A stretch of DNA of 53,225 nt, counting the filler, from Squatina squatina (taxonomy: Eukaryota): NCBI GenBank assembly GCA_031763465.1. It is 3 parts of 3 records of this genome, joined end to end, with 100 filler letters (N's around TTAATTAATTAA, not from the genome) between each part and the next. Parts side by side here need not be neighbours in the genome. Positions count along the whole stretch, not along the records: positions 1 to 17,435 come from JARFOE010000176.1; 2 more parts are not named here. One strand, 5' to 3'. A program made the translations under genes and the position numbers. Positions 1-11,659 of this stretch are shown one piece after another. The stretch's first letter is position 1. Each line of letters begins with the position of its first letter. A model generated the notes under the pieces. It saw only the letters and a program-made list of their open reading frames with translations. It had not been told where the DNA came from and searched no databases.

Positions 1-7
1 TTAACAG

Positions 8-262
8 GACCATGCAGTCCCAGCATTCTGAATATTACAAAAGTGAATCCATCAACCGTTAATGTATCATGGCAACCAAATAACCATGATGCCATGTACA
101 AGGTGTTTGCTTTCGGAAAGGCTGGGGTCAGATCCTGCAATAGCTCAGGGTATTCTTGTGAAATCGCTAACCTCCCCTGTGGAGCTACATTCTCTGTCAG
201 TGCAGTGGCCTCCACTCCAGAAGGGAAGAGTTTACCCAGCTACAGCCTACCACTAGAAACAG
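8..262 (+). CDS. FNDC7: FNDC7 internal exon, one Cys-rich FN3 repeat (GPCSPSILNITKVNPSTVNVSW...YSLPLET)
   Basis: AG at 6-7, GTAAAC at 263; 255 nt, phase 1-1; FN3 W/Y pattern with PC...C..C..PCG; adjacent to a diagnostic FNDC7 exon. Confidence 0.85.
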
Positions 263-1993
263 GTAAACACATATCCATTTGTTTAGAAGATTTATTTCAT
301 GCAAAACATCTTCAACAGAAATGGTCTCAGAAACTGTGCAAAATAATTACCGAATATTCCATCCACTCCATGATGGCTCAGTTGGTTTACACAGTTACAC
401 AAACCAGGAGATTCTCAGGTTCATAATCCTGGTCTACCGAGTTAACTTATCTTAGGAGTGTTACAATGACCTCAGCACTTCTGAGTTAGGCAGAGGAAAA
501 TCACCCAGGTTCTTACTCCAAATCACAAAGTGCCTCCTCCTGGAAACACACGTGCAAGAACATTACAGAGAATAAACAGCACAGAAACAGGTAATTTGGC
601 CCAACTGGTCCATGTTGGTGTTCATGCTCCACAGGAGCTTCCACCCACCCCTCTTCACCTAACTCTATCAGCATAACTTTATNNNNNNNNNNNNNNNNNN
701 NNNNNNNNNNNNNNNNNNNNNNNNNNNNNNNNNNNNNNNNNNNNNNNNNNNNNNNNNNNNNNNNNNNNNNNNNNNNNNNNNNATATTCGCATTGGACCAT
801 TCAGCTGCCACTCATCTGAAGTTGCTGTACCATTTACACATAAATAACGGCGAAGGCCCTTAGGCTCACCATTATTTTGACAGCAAAATCTGACCCGTTA
901 ACAATACACCAAGGTGAGAATTTTTAGCCACTCTGCAGTATCTGATTTGAAGTATGGTAACTTTTTAACTGGGTTTAACTTGTAATGAGAAGCAGTAGTT
1001 GCAGTTACACCTGCCTCCACATTTTATGTAGTGTGTTCAAAGCACCTCTGCACCATAGCTTAAAGAAAACAGCCAAGTCTAAAAACTGTTGCAAGCAAGG
1101 TTATCGTAATGCTTAAGTTATTCGTAGCAAATGCTTCTTGCTAATTTGTGAGCTCCTGCTGTGCAGAAAACCATGTTTTCCTGCAAAAACATCAGTGATT
1201 ACATGTCAGAAGTAATTAATTGGCTGTGAAATGCTTTGGGACATCTTCAGATCATTAAAAATGTTGTATAACTCCAAGTTATTTCTATCTAACAGATCCT
1301 ACCTGAAGAGTAGTAAATGAATATTGGGTGAGGACAGGACTGTATAATGCTCCCACACTTGAGTTAAATGACCTGTAAAGCTCACATGTGAATAATGCTT
1401 TCCTGAGTGAGATGTTAGAGGGTGACTGACATTGGTGCCTGTGGAACAATACCTCAGCAAAAAATCAACCCCTGCAGGAGGGAAGGGATGGAGAGAGGAG
1501 AAAATTGGTATGGCTGAGAGGGGAAAAAATACTTACAAATTGGTTTAAAAAAAAAAATCCCAAAAGGGCCAGATGCAGTATTTCTGAGAATTTCTCAAAT
1601 TTGGAATGTGTTCACTTGCTTTAATCTGAGCAGCACATGAATAATTGCATTTTCCAGAAATGATTTTCATGGGTTACGTTTTAGAAGATATGTTTACTAG
1701 TGTGATTTTTTTTTTTTCTCACCACACCAAAATGTTTCTTGATAATCCTTTGCTTTCACTATAATTTTTATAATCACTTTGAGATAATCTGGGTCAAAAT
1801 ATGTGAAGCCAAAAACAGTATTCTTAGTATTTCAATTTTTAATTTTGTTCTTTTCCTTATAACCTGACTTCATAACTTTGTCTTTTTTAAGAATCACTGG
1901 ATAGGAATTACTTGGGAGTGAATATTATAAATATGAAGATTCAGAAATGGAAAATTACATATTTAGCAGTAAACCCTCTATTTTTCTTCCAAG

Positions 1994-2248
1994 CACCCTG
2001 CTGCCCTAATAGCTTCATAGTCACACAGATTACACACTCAGTGACCAACATTAGCTGGACTGCTGCAATTGGAGCACAATCATATACTACATTCCTGGAA
2101 TCATCTAAAGGACAGGCTAAATGCCACACCGGGGAAACTCATTGCCTTCTTGGATGTATAACTTGCAGCACCAACTATACAGTGTCTTTAAGTGCCATTA
2201 GTGAAACTGGACAGATGTCAGTGTGCAACTACCAAGGGTATTCATCCA
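1994..2248 (+). CDS. FNDC7: FNDC7 exon, penultimate FN3 repeat (APCCPNSFIVTQITHSVTNISW...KCHTGETHCLLGCITCSTNYTV...YQGYSS)
   Basis: Pyrimidine tract + AG at 1992-1993, GTAAGT at 2249; 255 nt, phase 1-1; motif KCHTxxxHCLLGCITC is characteristic of vertebrate FNDC7. Confidence 0.92.
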
Positions 2249-2946
2249 GTAAGTAAAGAACCGAGAGATTCCATTTATATAAATTACCTTGTTCTGCTAT
2301 TTTCAATCATGATTCTTAATATAGAAATGAGTCATTTATCAAGCAGTGAATCTTAACATCATATCTGACCAGGTGGCTTCATTAAGATTGAACTTGAACA
2401 TACTCCAATTGCAGTTATTGTTATTGCAGTTGCAGCTGATATCTTGAGCAGAATTTCCCCCCGTGTCTAGTGAAAATGGGGTAGTAGCACCGCAAAAATG
2501 GGGGCAATGACCTACAGTTCCATCGCCGCTGCTGCTGTGACTGCAGCAATGATCATCGGGGCCTATCGTNNNNNNNNNNNNNNNNNNNNNNNNNNNNNNN
2601 NNNNNNNNNNNNNNNNNNNNNNNNNNNNNNNNNNNNNNNNNNNNNNNNNNNNNNNNNNNNNNNNNNNNNTCATTGTTATTGCCTGTCATTTTTTCCAAGG
2701 TGAACTAAATCTTAGAGTTTGAATGCTACTTTCTATTACTTTATCACCTAAAGGTACATTGAGATTGAGCAACAAATGAGCACGTTAGAGCCCTGGCATT
2801 CAAATAATTGGGAAACACTAAAAATATCCAGTTGCATCTATTGTCATAGAATGTTACAGCACAGAAACAGACGATTTCATTTCATTTTGGCTTTTCGATT
2901 ATCTTAAATTTGTGCTCTTTCATTACAGCACTGAAAACAATCTATC

Positions 2947-3454
2947 AAAGGAACAGGAGTAGGCCATTCAGCCCCTTGAGCCTGTTCTGCCATTCCATGA
3001 GATCATTTCCGATCTGTATCTTAACTCCATTTACCCACCTTGGTCCTGTGACCTTTAGTATCCTTGCCTAACAAAAATCTATCAATCTCAATTTTGAAAT
3101 TTTTCATTGACCCCCCCAGTCTCAAAAGTTTTTTTGGGGAGAGAGTTCCAGATTTCCAATACCCTTTTGTGTGNNNNNNNNNNCATAATACCCTTGCCTA
3201 ACAAACATCTATAAATCTCATTCTTGAAAATTTCTATCGATCCTCCAGCCTCAACAGCTTTTTGAGCGAGAGATGTTCCAGATTTCCACCACCCTTTGTG
3301 TGAAGAAGCGCTTCCTGACATCGCCCCTGATGGCCTAGCTCTACTTTGACTACTATTTACCTTATCGCAGCAGTTCTATCAGGTCACTCCTTGAACTTAT
3401 AATATCCACTGAAAAAATCCTAACTTCTCAACTCTCTCTTCATTACTGTAACCC
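2947..3454 (-). mobile_element. CR1-type LINE 3' remnants (partly duplicated across the 10-N gap)
   Basis: 'aggaacaggagtaggccattcagccccttgagcctg' tail and 'ccttgcctaacaaa..tctat..atctca' present twice; minus-strand ORF KRVLEIWNSLP is the CR1 ORF2 C-terminus. Confidence 0.75.
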
Positions 3455-3458
3455 AAGA

Positions 3459-3524
3459 TTGCGGGGATATGAAGAGAAACTTAATAAGTCCTTCTTTATT
3501 GCTATGATTATTATATTTGCACAG
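3459..3524 (+). CDS. Candidate signal-peptide exon of an FNDC7-like paralog (LRGYEEKLNKSFFIAMIIIFAQ); start codon defective or non-canonical
   Basis: Basic then hydrophobic stretch ending CAG|GTAATG in phase 0, matching the downstream micro-exon; no in-frame ATG before 3504 (TTG at 3459, out-of-frame ATG at 3469). Confidence 0.45.
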
Positions 3525-3990
3525 GTAATGCAGGTATCTGAGTACGTAGAACTTGTCAAGGAAATAATAACAAAGGTAATGTTGGATCCTAATTAGAAAT
3601 GATTGATCGTCGTGGATGGGGAATTTCTGAAGAGGTGGGTCCCAGGAAAGTTTCCTGACGCTTTGATTGGTTGAAGGGAGCGGTGTTGTTGATAATTTCC
3701 TTCTCCAAACTCTTCAAAAGAATCACCTTGTCCTTTGGGGGTTCATTCGCATTCAAAGACCTGTCATCCCAGCGTGTTCGTTTAGCTCCATGTAAAGATA
3801 CGCAATGGAGTTTGTAAATATGCTGAAAATATGCTTACTATTAACAACTCTGCATCAGGTAAATTGTTTTCTTTAAGATAATGCACTGTCCGTTTCATTT
3901 ATAAAAACGTATCTATTTTAATGAACGTCATTTGAAAAGTTGCTAAAATATTAATGCATTTAAAGATGGTTGTTTTTCTTTTTCCTGCAG

Positions 3991-4009
3991 GTCTCATATT
4001 GCCAGTCCG
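3991..4009 (+). CDS. 19-nt micro-exon (VSYCQS+1 nt), end of signal peptide of the FNDC7-like paralog
   Basis: Strong acceptor ttttcttttcctgcag and donor GTGAGT at 4010; phase 0 to 1 links a signal exon to phase-1 FN3 exons. Confidence 0.65.
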
Positions 4010-4249
4010 GTGAGTTTAAATATCTAATATGACTTTATTAAATACAGCAGTAAAACGAGAGTCGTCTCGCTGAATCCTTTGATTCTCATAAACAAATTCA
4101 GTGCAGATCCGGTAACCTGTCGTCTAATCTGGGATTTAAGGTCAGGTTTNNNNNNNNNNNNNNNNNNNNNNNNNNNNNNNNNNNNNNNNNNNNNNNNNNN
4201 NNNNNNNNNNNNNNNNNNNNNNNNNNNNNNNNNNNNNNNNNNNNNNNNN

Positions 4250-4465
4250 TTCCCTCTAAGGTACCACCTGCGCGTGCCCATGCAGCAAATTTAAAGGTAC
4301 CACGCACCAAAAAAAAATTAGAGCGAACATTGGGTGGCATCAATGTTCCCTCTAGGTCCCATGCACGCCGCTCCAGGTCTCAAATATCGCGCAAAAAATT
4401 TAAAGGTACATTAAAAAAAAACTGGCCGCGCACATCAAAATTGTAGAAAAAACATTGGTTGACAT
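4250..4465. mobile_element. Two head-to-tail hAT-type MITEs
   Basis: TIR CAATGTTCCCTCTA / TAGAGCGAACATTG; the second copy 4341-4457 is flanked by 8-bp GGTGGCAT / GTTGACAT. Confidence 0.7.
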
Positions 4466-4541
4466 CACTTACTAATATAAATCAACTCATTGTCTGTAAT
4501 TTTCACTGTCTGCAATCTTTTTGTTTTCCTCATATCAATAG

Positions 4542-4802
4542 CACCATGTGTTCCACAGCACATTGACGCCTCTGTGGCCTGTGACAGAAACAGTGCATCC
4601 GTTCACTGGGGACACACTGATGGGGCACAGTCATACATTGCAATTGCAGAAGGAGGCAACGGACATTACGCCACATGCAATTCAAGTGACATATTCTGTG
4701 AAGTCCAGGGGCTCCACTGCGGCCAAGAATACAGCTTCAGTGTCAAAGCTGCTAATGAGATGTGCGAGAGTGCACTGAATTCCAGTTTCAGTATTCATAC
4801 AG
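4542..4802 (+). CDS. FNDC7-like paralog FN3 exon (APCVPQHIDASVACD...SFSIHT)
   Basis: AG 4540-4541, GT 4803; 261 nt, phase 1-1; six-Cys FN3 repeat. Confidence 0.88.
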
Positions 4803-5246
4803 GTAACACTTTCACAATCAGTAACACTGTAAAATGCAGTGCACATGCTGTACCTGCACACCTATTCAATGTCCCTAAATGTAGGGAAAAGATGTGTATA
4901 TTTGGTCCAACTCTTTTNNNNNNNNNNNNNNNNNNNNNNNNNNNNNNNNNNNNNNNNNNNNNNNNNNNNNNNNNNNNNNNNNNNNNNNNNNNNNNNNNNN
5001 NNNNNNNNNNNNNNNNNTCTATCATCCAGATACCAATTTCAGTGCTCAAACATAATTCACTAGGTCAGTACTGGCCAGTATTTGAAAGTACTTTTGGACT
5101 GGAACAAATCAAATTTGTCTGACACACCATGCAATGTTACCTGTGATTGTGAAGATGCAAAAAACAATGTACTGTGACTGATTCTTATTGCAAATATTAA
5201 TAACCGTTTTTGTTGACTTCCTTTTATGACACATTGTATTATCTAG

Positions 5247-5513
5247 TACCGTGTGACCCAATCAACCCAACTGCTTACTTGGACTGTGAAGCTAATGCTA
5301 TTGAGGTATTCTGGGATAACAGTGATGGAGCAGCATCGTATGTTGTGGTAGCAGGAAATAGTGATGGATTGACACATTCATGTAACACAACAGACACAGT
5401 TTGTGAGCTCACAAACTTACAATGTGGCCAGATATACAACATATCCATAACAGGGCTCAACGAACAGTGCAATACCTTACGACCTTCCAAGAGTTTTGCA
5501 GAAATTTAAACAG
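5247..5513 (+). CDS. FNDC7-like paralog FN3 exon (VPCDPINPTAYLDC...) with in-frame TAA at 5507-5509
   Basis: AG 5245-5246, GTAAAA 5514; 267 nt, phase 1-1; six-Cys FN3 repeat; ends ATT TAA ACA G. Confidence 0.8.
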
Positions 5514-6407
5514 GTAAAAGTATTGTATTTTTGTCCTTAGTTTATGAATTTATTCATTCAAGTTTCATTTTAATGTTATACGTAGATAAAAACTTTATTT
5601 TTAAGTCACAACCATGCTTGAGAGTCAGGTTAATGTTGCTAAATCTGTTCCTTTGTCATTCTCATCCTTTCACAAGCTGCACATCCATTCCAATAGTAAC
5701 ATCTGATTTCTCTGGATATTCCGAAAGGAAAGCTCCAATGTCTGGCGCCCTATAGGATTTAGCACACTGTTCTTTACATTTCAATTTAACAAATCCATGG
5801 CCAAGCATTTAAGAAAAACATGTTTCTTGCATACAGTGCCATTTCCATTCTTTTCCTGCCAGTACTTTATGGCTGGGGTGCAATCCAGAGTATTGGGTCC
5901 ATCTACACTTTGGCCCACCAACATTTGCAAACACATTTACTCACCAATGTACACATAACATAAAGAGGAGGAAGTAAAGGTTTAGTGCATGGGCAAACGT
6001 ATGTTGCACTTGTGAGTTTTACATATCTAATATGTCTGTCACAGTTGTATCTAATTAGCATGAATATCATAGTCATAAAAAACTAACAAATCATACTAGA
6101 TCACTATTCACTGCAGGTAGCCCAGCAGCCAACAAACAAGCAGAAAGGAGGAAGGAAGGTTCAACCAACAAACATCATCTGCAAAATGAACCAATGCCCA
6201 GTTAATTTAATAAACACTTGAAAACAACAGCAATCAGCGATGTGCAAGCACCAAAATTACTCAATTATTCAAATTGGTTCGATCTTGATTTCTGACTCCA
6301 CTGATTTTATACCTACATAAATAATATTTTTAACATAAGGAACAATACAAAAGAGACATAAATGAGATTTATAACTTAAAAAACACAGCAAATCTGAAAA
6401 AAGATAT

Positions 6408-7142
6408 TGGTCCGTAATTTGCGGTTAGCAGCGAAGCAAAGGCGTTTCCCGCTGGTCCTAAAGTAAGCTTCGCACAAAGATCTTGCGATCTCTGTGGCGA
6501 GAGGTTTGGGTTTTCCGACGCGTAATTGAAATCAACNNNNNNNNNNTTAATGGGGAGTCCCAGGGAAGAGCTGCTGTGACAGCAACAAACTCACGAAACA
6601 ACCAATGAAAACGAAGAGTTCTCAGAGACAGTGAAGCAGGAAGTGGGTAAGTTCCTTTGATTCTAATTATTTTTAAGTTTTAGAGAGAGCAAAATAAAAT
6701 TGGGGCTCTCACATGGGGAAAAGATAAAGCTGAAATAAAGATGAACAAACTTTAATTTTTTTTAAATTAAAATGGATAAATTTAACACAACGTGAAATTA
6801 AAATTAATTTTTCAGGGCTATAACCTTTGCTTATAAGAAAATACACTGTTAAAACCCGTCACACCTAATCCAAAAGGAGCTAACTTTTAATGAGGTATTT
6901 AACAGCGATATTACTGCCGAAGAGCCGAAGTTTCCATGATTTGACAGATTACACTGATTGCTGGCTCAGAGGGCAGGCAGGAGGCACAGCGTGGCCTGTG
7001 GAGCAACAGTGAATGACAGACCGCAATTTCAGGATTACCGTGTTAGGCTGCGCACGCTGTAAAAGCTGAAGTTGCGGTCAGTTTCAAAGGCGAAATGGCG
7101 GCGAAAGCTGCCAGTTTGCTGTCATCGGGACCACTAATTCCG
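6408..7142 (+). mobile_element. Non-autonomous DNA-transposon-like repeat
   Basis: First ~100 nt recur as reverse complement at 34600-34687 on a different scaffold; CpG-richer than flanks. Confidence 0.6.
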
Positions 7143-7574
7143 NNNNNNNNNNNNNNNNNNNNNNNNNNNNNNNNNNNNNNNNNNNNNNNNNNNNNNNNNN
7201 NNNNNNNNNNNNNNNNNNNNNNNNNNNNNNNNNNNNNNNNNNCATTTTGGACGCCGCATGCACTTATGACATCATAGCACCACGCTAAAGTTATAGCTAG
7301 CGCTTGGAGCCTTACAGGCCTTGCGCCCGTTTTGCGCCGGCACGAACGGGACTCAAATTTTGCACCCGCGTTTTCACGCCCAAAGTGCCTTTATGCCCGT
7401 TTTGCGCTGATTTCACGCCAAACGTTTACCTGCGAATTAGGCGGGTAATATGTATCCATTTGCATGCACACTTCGGCTGCCAGTCCAAGCCTGAGCCCAT
7501 TACTTCTATCTCCCTTTTTGTTTTAACTCTTGGCCCCATTTGGGCCCTTTTCTCCTTTCAATTTCCCTTGCAGT

Positions 7575-7755
7575 CACCCAGTCCTCCTTTAGGAACCTCC
7601 ATTAAACTCATTTTTTTGACCAAGCTTTTGGTCATCCTGCATAATTGCTCCTTCTTTGGCTCAGCATTCATCTTTTCTTTACGATCTGTGAACCAACTTG
7701 CGACTATTATTGTATGTTAAAGGCACTATTATAATGTAAATAGTTGTTTTGTTGG
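7575..7755 (+). mobile_element. L2 LINE 3' tail
   Basis: 'ctcctttag...tttgaccaagcttttggtca...gttaaaggcactat...gttgttttgttg' L2-type terminus. Confidence 0.6.
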
Positions 7756-7812
7756 TAGGATTAACTCTTCAATAGTTTAAGGGTTGCATTCTGTGCTTTC
7801 TCCTTTCTGCAG

Positions 7813-8073
7813 TGCCTTGTATCCCACACAATGTGATAGCTCACATGAACTGTGAAAGTAATACTGTGTCAGTGTTTTGGGATCCCAGTAATGGCACAGA
7901 GTCATACCTTGTGACAGCACAGGGAAGCAATGGCCATTGGGCCTCATGCAATGCAACAGACACTGAATGTGAGGTCTCAGATGTATATTGTGGACTGAAC
8001 TACTACATAACTGTACAGGCAATCCGAATGCAATGCAACAGCTCACAAAGCTCTGCTTTTACAATTAAAACAG
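7813..8073 (+). CDS. FNDC7-like paralog FN3 exon (VPCIPHNVIAHMNC...AFTIKT)
   Basis: ttctgcAG 7811-7812, GTAATC 8074; 261 nt, phase 1-1; six Cys. Confidence 0.9.
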
Positions 8074-8214
8074 GTAATCCTAAACTAGAATTTAGAATGA
8101 GAAATTCTAAAATATACACACATTAGTTGGAATGTGGTCATTTTTGTATCTGACAGACAGTTATGTGGCTCAGTATTTTTCCAGTAATGACGTTTATGAA
8201 TTTTCTTCTTGCAG

Positions 8215-8469
8215 TACCATGTGTCCCACAGAATGTTGATGCTCACATTGACTGTGATGCTGGATATATGTCAGTCTCATGGGAGTTAAGTGAAGGGGCA
8301 ATATCATACATTGCAACTGCAGAAGGAAGCAATGTGCAAAATTGCAGCGCTAATGATACGTTGTGTGATATCACTGACCTGTACTGTGGAGAGACCTACA
8401 CTGTCACAGTTCATGCACACGATGACTCATGTGACACTGCTGAAAGTCCCTCCATCATAATGAAAACAG
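8215..8469 (+). CDS. FNDC7-like paralog FN3 exon (VPCVPQNVDAHIDC...SIIMKT)
   Basis: AG 8213-8214, GTAACC 8470; 255 nt, phase 1-1; six Cys. Confidence 0.9.
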
Positions 8470-8644
8470 GTAACCGAAGAGACATTTCTACTCGACATAG
8501 TGTGAGTAAACCCTTGGGGTTAGCTTACAGCAATGAATATATTTTCCTCCCCAATGATTTCCTCATTTGAGCATCAGTCATATCTCGTCACCTCTGAACC
8601 AGCCTATCAAGTACCTTCCAGAAAAATCAGACAAAGAACCAAGT

Positions 8645-9266
8645 TCAGATGAGAGGCAATATGAACTAAATAGTATAATTTTAAAGGGAGTACAGGGACA
8701 GAGAGACTTGGGTGGGAATGTACACAAATCTTTGAAGGTGGCAGGACAAGTTGAGAAGGCTGTTAAAAAAGTATATGGGTTCCTGGGCTTTATTAATAGA
8801 GGAAGAGAGTGCAAAAACAAAGGATTTATGCTAAACCTTTATAAAACGCTGGTTAGACCTCATTGTGTTCAATTCTGGGCACCACACCTTAGGAAGGATG
8901 TGAAGGCCTTAGAGACGGTGCAGAAGAGATTTACTAGAATGATACCAGGGATGCGGGACTTCAGTTATGTGGAGTGACTGGAGAAACTGGGGTTGTTCTC
9001 CTTAGTGCGGAGATGGTTAAGAAGAGATTTGATAGAGGTGTTCAAAATCATGAATGGTTTTGATAGAGCAAATAAGGAGAAACTGTTTCCAGTGTTAGAA
9101 AGGTTGGTAACCAGAGGGCACAGGTAAATATGAAGGGAACAAAATACAGGGCTATGGGGAAAAAGCAGGGGACTGGGATTAATTGGATAGCTGCACCAAA
9201 GAGGTAGCGCAGGCACAGTGGGCTGAATGGTCTCCTTCTGTGCTGTATCATTCGATGATTCTATGA
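8645..9266 (+). mobile_element. 5'-truncated CR1 (HER1-like) LINE
   Basis: Translation RDLG..VHKSLKVAGQVEKAVKK...LYKTLVRPH.CVQFWAPHLRKDVKALETVQKRFTRMIPGMR; ends in (GATTCTAT)-type tail. Confidence 0.9.
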
Positions 9267-9513
9267 TCAGGAACACTATTTTTCTAACCACATTTATCAC
9301 TACTGTGTAGCTTAGAAACACACAGCTTAAAACCACAGCACCTGCAAAGGTCTGATCTGTGTATTGCTTCAGTAATGCTGCTTTTATTATCGGAGCAGTG
9401 ACCTGTTGGATGCAGACCCGACACAAAATGTGCTGCGCAAAACCCCATTGCTAATTACATCAGCTTAATTCTGTGATTTAAGATTAGCAGCACTCGGTGT
9501 GCATTTTTCAATA

Positions 9514-9705
9514 CATAGAATCATAGAATCTTACAGCACAGAAGGAGGCCATTTGGTCCATCGTACCTGTAACGGCTCTTTGGTAGAGCTACCAATTAGA
9601 CCCACTCACCCTGCCTTTCCCCCATAGCCTTGTCATTTTTTCCCTTCCAAGTATTTATCCAATTCCACCACCCTTACAGGCAGTGCATTCCAGATCACAA
9701 CTCGT
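9514..9705 (-). mobile_element. CR1/HE1-type 3' tail fragment
   Basis: catagaatcatagaatc..acagcacagaaggaggccatt is the reverse complement of the tail at 9220-9266. Confidence 0.8.
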
Positions 9706-10448
9706 AATAGATCATAATCCATTATTACACTACACAATAACCAGTAAAGACGTTGCTCCCTATTAACATAACTGGGAAATACAGCTGATTCTGTATCCTT
9801 TACTGTATTCTTGTGCAATGGATGATGTAATAGATGTGCCTCCATAGGAACCACTTGACTTCTGTCCCTGGGGAGCAAAAGATAAACTCTGCGCCCCAGA
9901 AGTTCCGTGCCGGCTGCAGAATTAGACTTACTGTCCCTCAAAGGGAGTGAAGCGCAATCACATGTGCTCTACTTCCTTTAGGGGAGGACCAGCGGTGCTA
10001 ACAGGGCGAGTAGTGTAGCACAACGCGGATACTCCGCATAGTGCTGACTCGCTTTAACACCCCTCCCCTTTGCTTGAAGGAGAGCGCCACTGCGCACTCT
10101 GCAAGGCCTTTACTACACCACCAGGGCAGCATGGTACCGGCCTGCAGCCCGGCCCCCAAAACGGAGTGCTGGGATGCACGATGGCGGCCATGCTAGGGGG
10201 AAACCAGTAGCACCAACCTGAGAGTCGGCAAAACGAGGAAGATGGCGGCGCAGGGCACTGGCGACTGTGGTATGGTAAGGTATTGGCGCGCATTGCTGAC
10301 AGGTCGCCGCTCACGGNNNNNNNNNNNNNNNNNNNNNNNNNNNNNNNNNNNNNNNNNNNNNNNNNNNNNNNNNNNNNNNNNNNNNNNNNNNNNNNNNNNN
10401 NNNNNNNNNNNNNNNNATATCCCGTTTCTCTTTCTTCCTCCCCTAAAG

Positions 10449-10703
10449 TGCCTTGCCCTCCTCAGAATGTACAAGCTGATTGTGACGCTGTCACTGCCTT
10501 TGTAACATGGGAGCAGAGTAATCGCACAGTGTCGTATATTGCAACAGCAGAGGGGAGGGATGGACACACAGCCACCTGTACCACGTCTGAAACAAACTGT
10601 CTAATCCCAGATCTTCACTGCAGCCAAATATACAGCATCTTTGTACTCGCATTCGGTGAAAACTGCAGCAGCATCCAAGGCTCCAGTTATGAAATTTGGA
10701 CAG
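10449..10703 (+). CDS. FNDC7-like paralog FN3 exon (VPCPPQNVQADC...SYEIWT)
   Basis: Pyrimidine tract + AG 10447-10448, GTAATA 10704; 255 nt, phase 1-1; six Cys. Confidence 0.9.
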
Positions 10704-11479
10704 GTAATATAGAAAGAAACAACTTGGCTTTATTTAACATTTTTCATCTCCTCAGGACACCTCAAGGCCCTTCACACTTAAATGATTAGTTTTAAAGTGT
10801 AGTCAGTGTCGTTATGTAGCAAACTGAGCAGCAAGGTCACAAACATCCATTAATCTGTTTTGACGATGTTAGTAAGAGACAACTCCCTGGTGAGACAAAT
10901 CTTTGTTCTTCAAAGAAGTGCCGAGTCTGACAACCTTCTGACCGCCTAGTTTCCCATGGGTGTGTAGGGTTCAAATCGATCGCAATGACGTCTTATATTA
11001 GTATAACGCGAAGTTTGTAGGTAACAGCTACAAACTGAGCTGGTTCACTTGGCCATAATTTAGAAGTACCTACTTTACCAAGAATCTGAGCCAAAACTAA
11101 ACCAGGATGCACCCCCACTGCTGTCATCCCCGTTCAGCCTCCCCAATGGCAACCTTCACTGGTCACTGTGGATACTAGCAATAAACTAAAGTTTTCAGGA
11201 TCAGAAACTGTCTTTGCCCATTTGAGTTCATTGATACAAAGATTCAAAATTCAGAGAAAACAATTGGAGACTTAGCAGTCAAGCTGGGTACAGACCATAG
11301 TGATGCAGAGTCCTGAGCCGCAATAACGTCTGGATTTAGTCGTCACAATGTGGAATATAAAGGTGACTGCTTTTTTGAGGTTATTTAAGTTCTATGAAAT
11401 GTCGGCAAAAACCATTTGAACAAAAGGTTTACTCACACGAACCCAGTGGATAGTAATGTTAGTATATCCTTTTCTACAG

Positions 11480-11659
11480 CACCGTGCGCCCCAGATGAAA
11501 TCATTGTGAACGTGGACTGTAATTCTAATAAAGTAGAAGTATTATGGAGACAGACTAATGGAGCGATGTCATACGATGTAACTGCAGAAGGCAGTGATGG
11601 ACATACACACTCACACAACACAACAGAGACACGCCATGAAATGCTGGATTTACACTGTG
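11480..11659 (+). CDS. FNDC7-like paralog FN3 exon, 3' end lost in gap (APCAPDEIIVNVDC...HSHNTTETRHEMLDLHC)
   Basis: ttttctacAG 11478-11479; FN3 repeat running into the N gap at 11660. Confidence 0.88.

Noticed and set aside
3060-3300. Direct duplication of about 115 bp
   Set aside because: Two CR1 tail copies meeting at a 10-N gap; probably a scaffolding overlap or adjacent repeat copies
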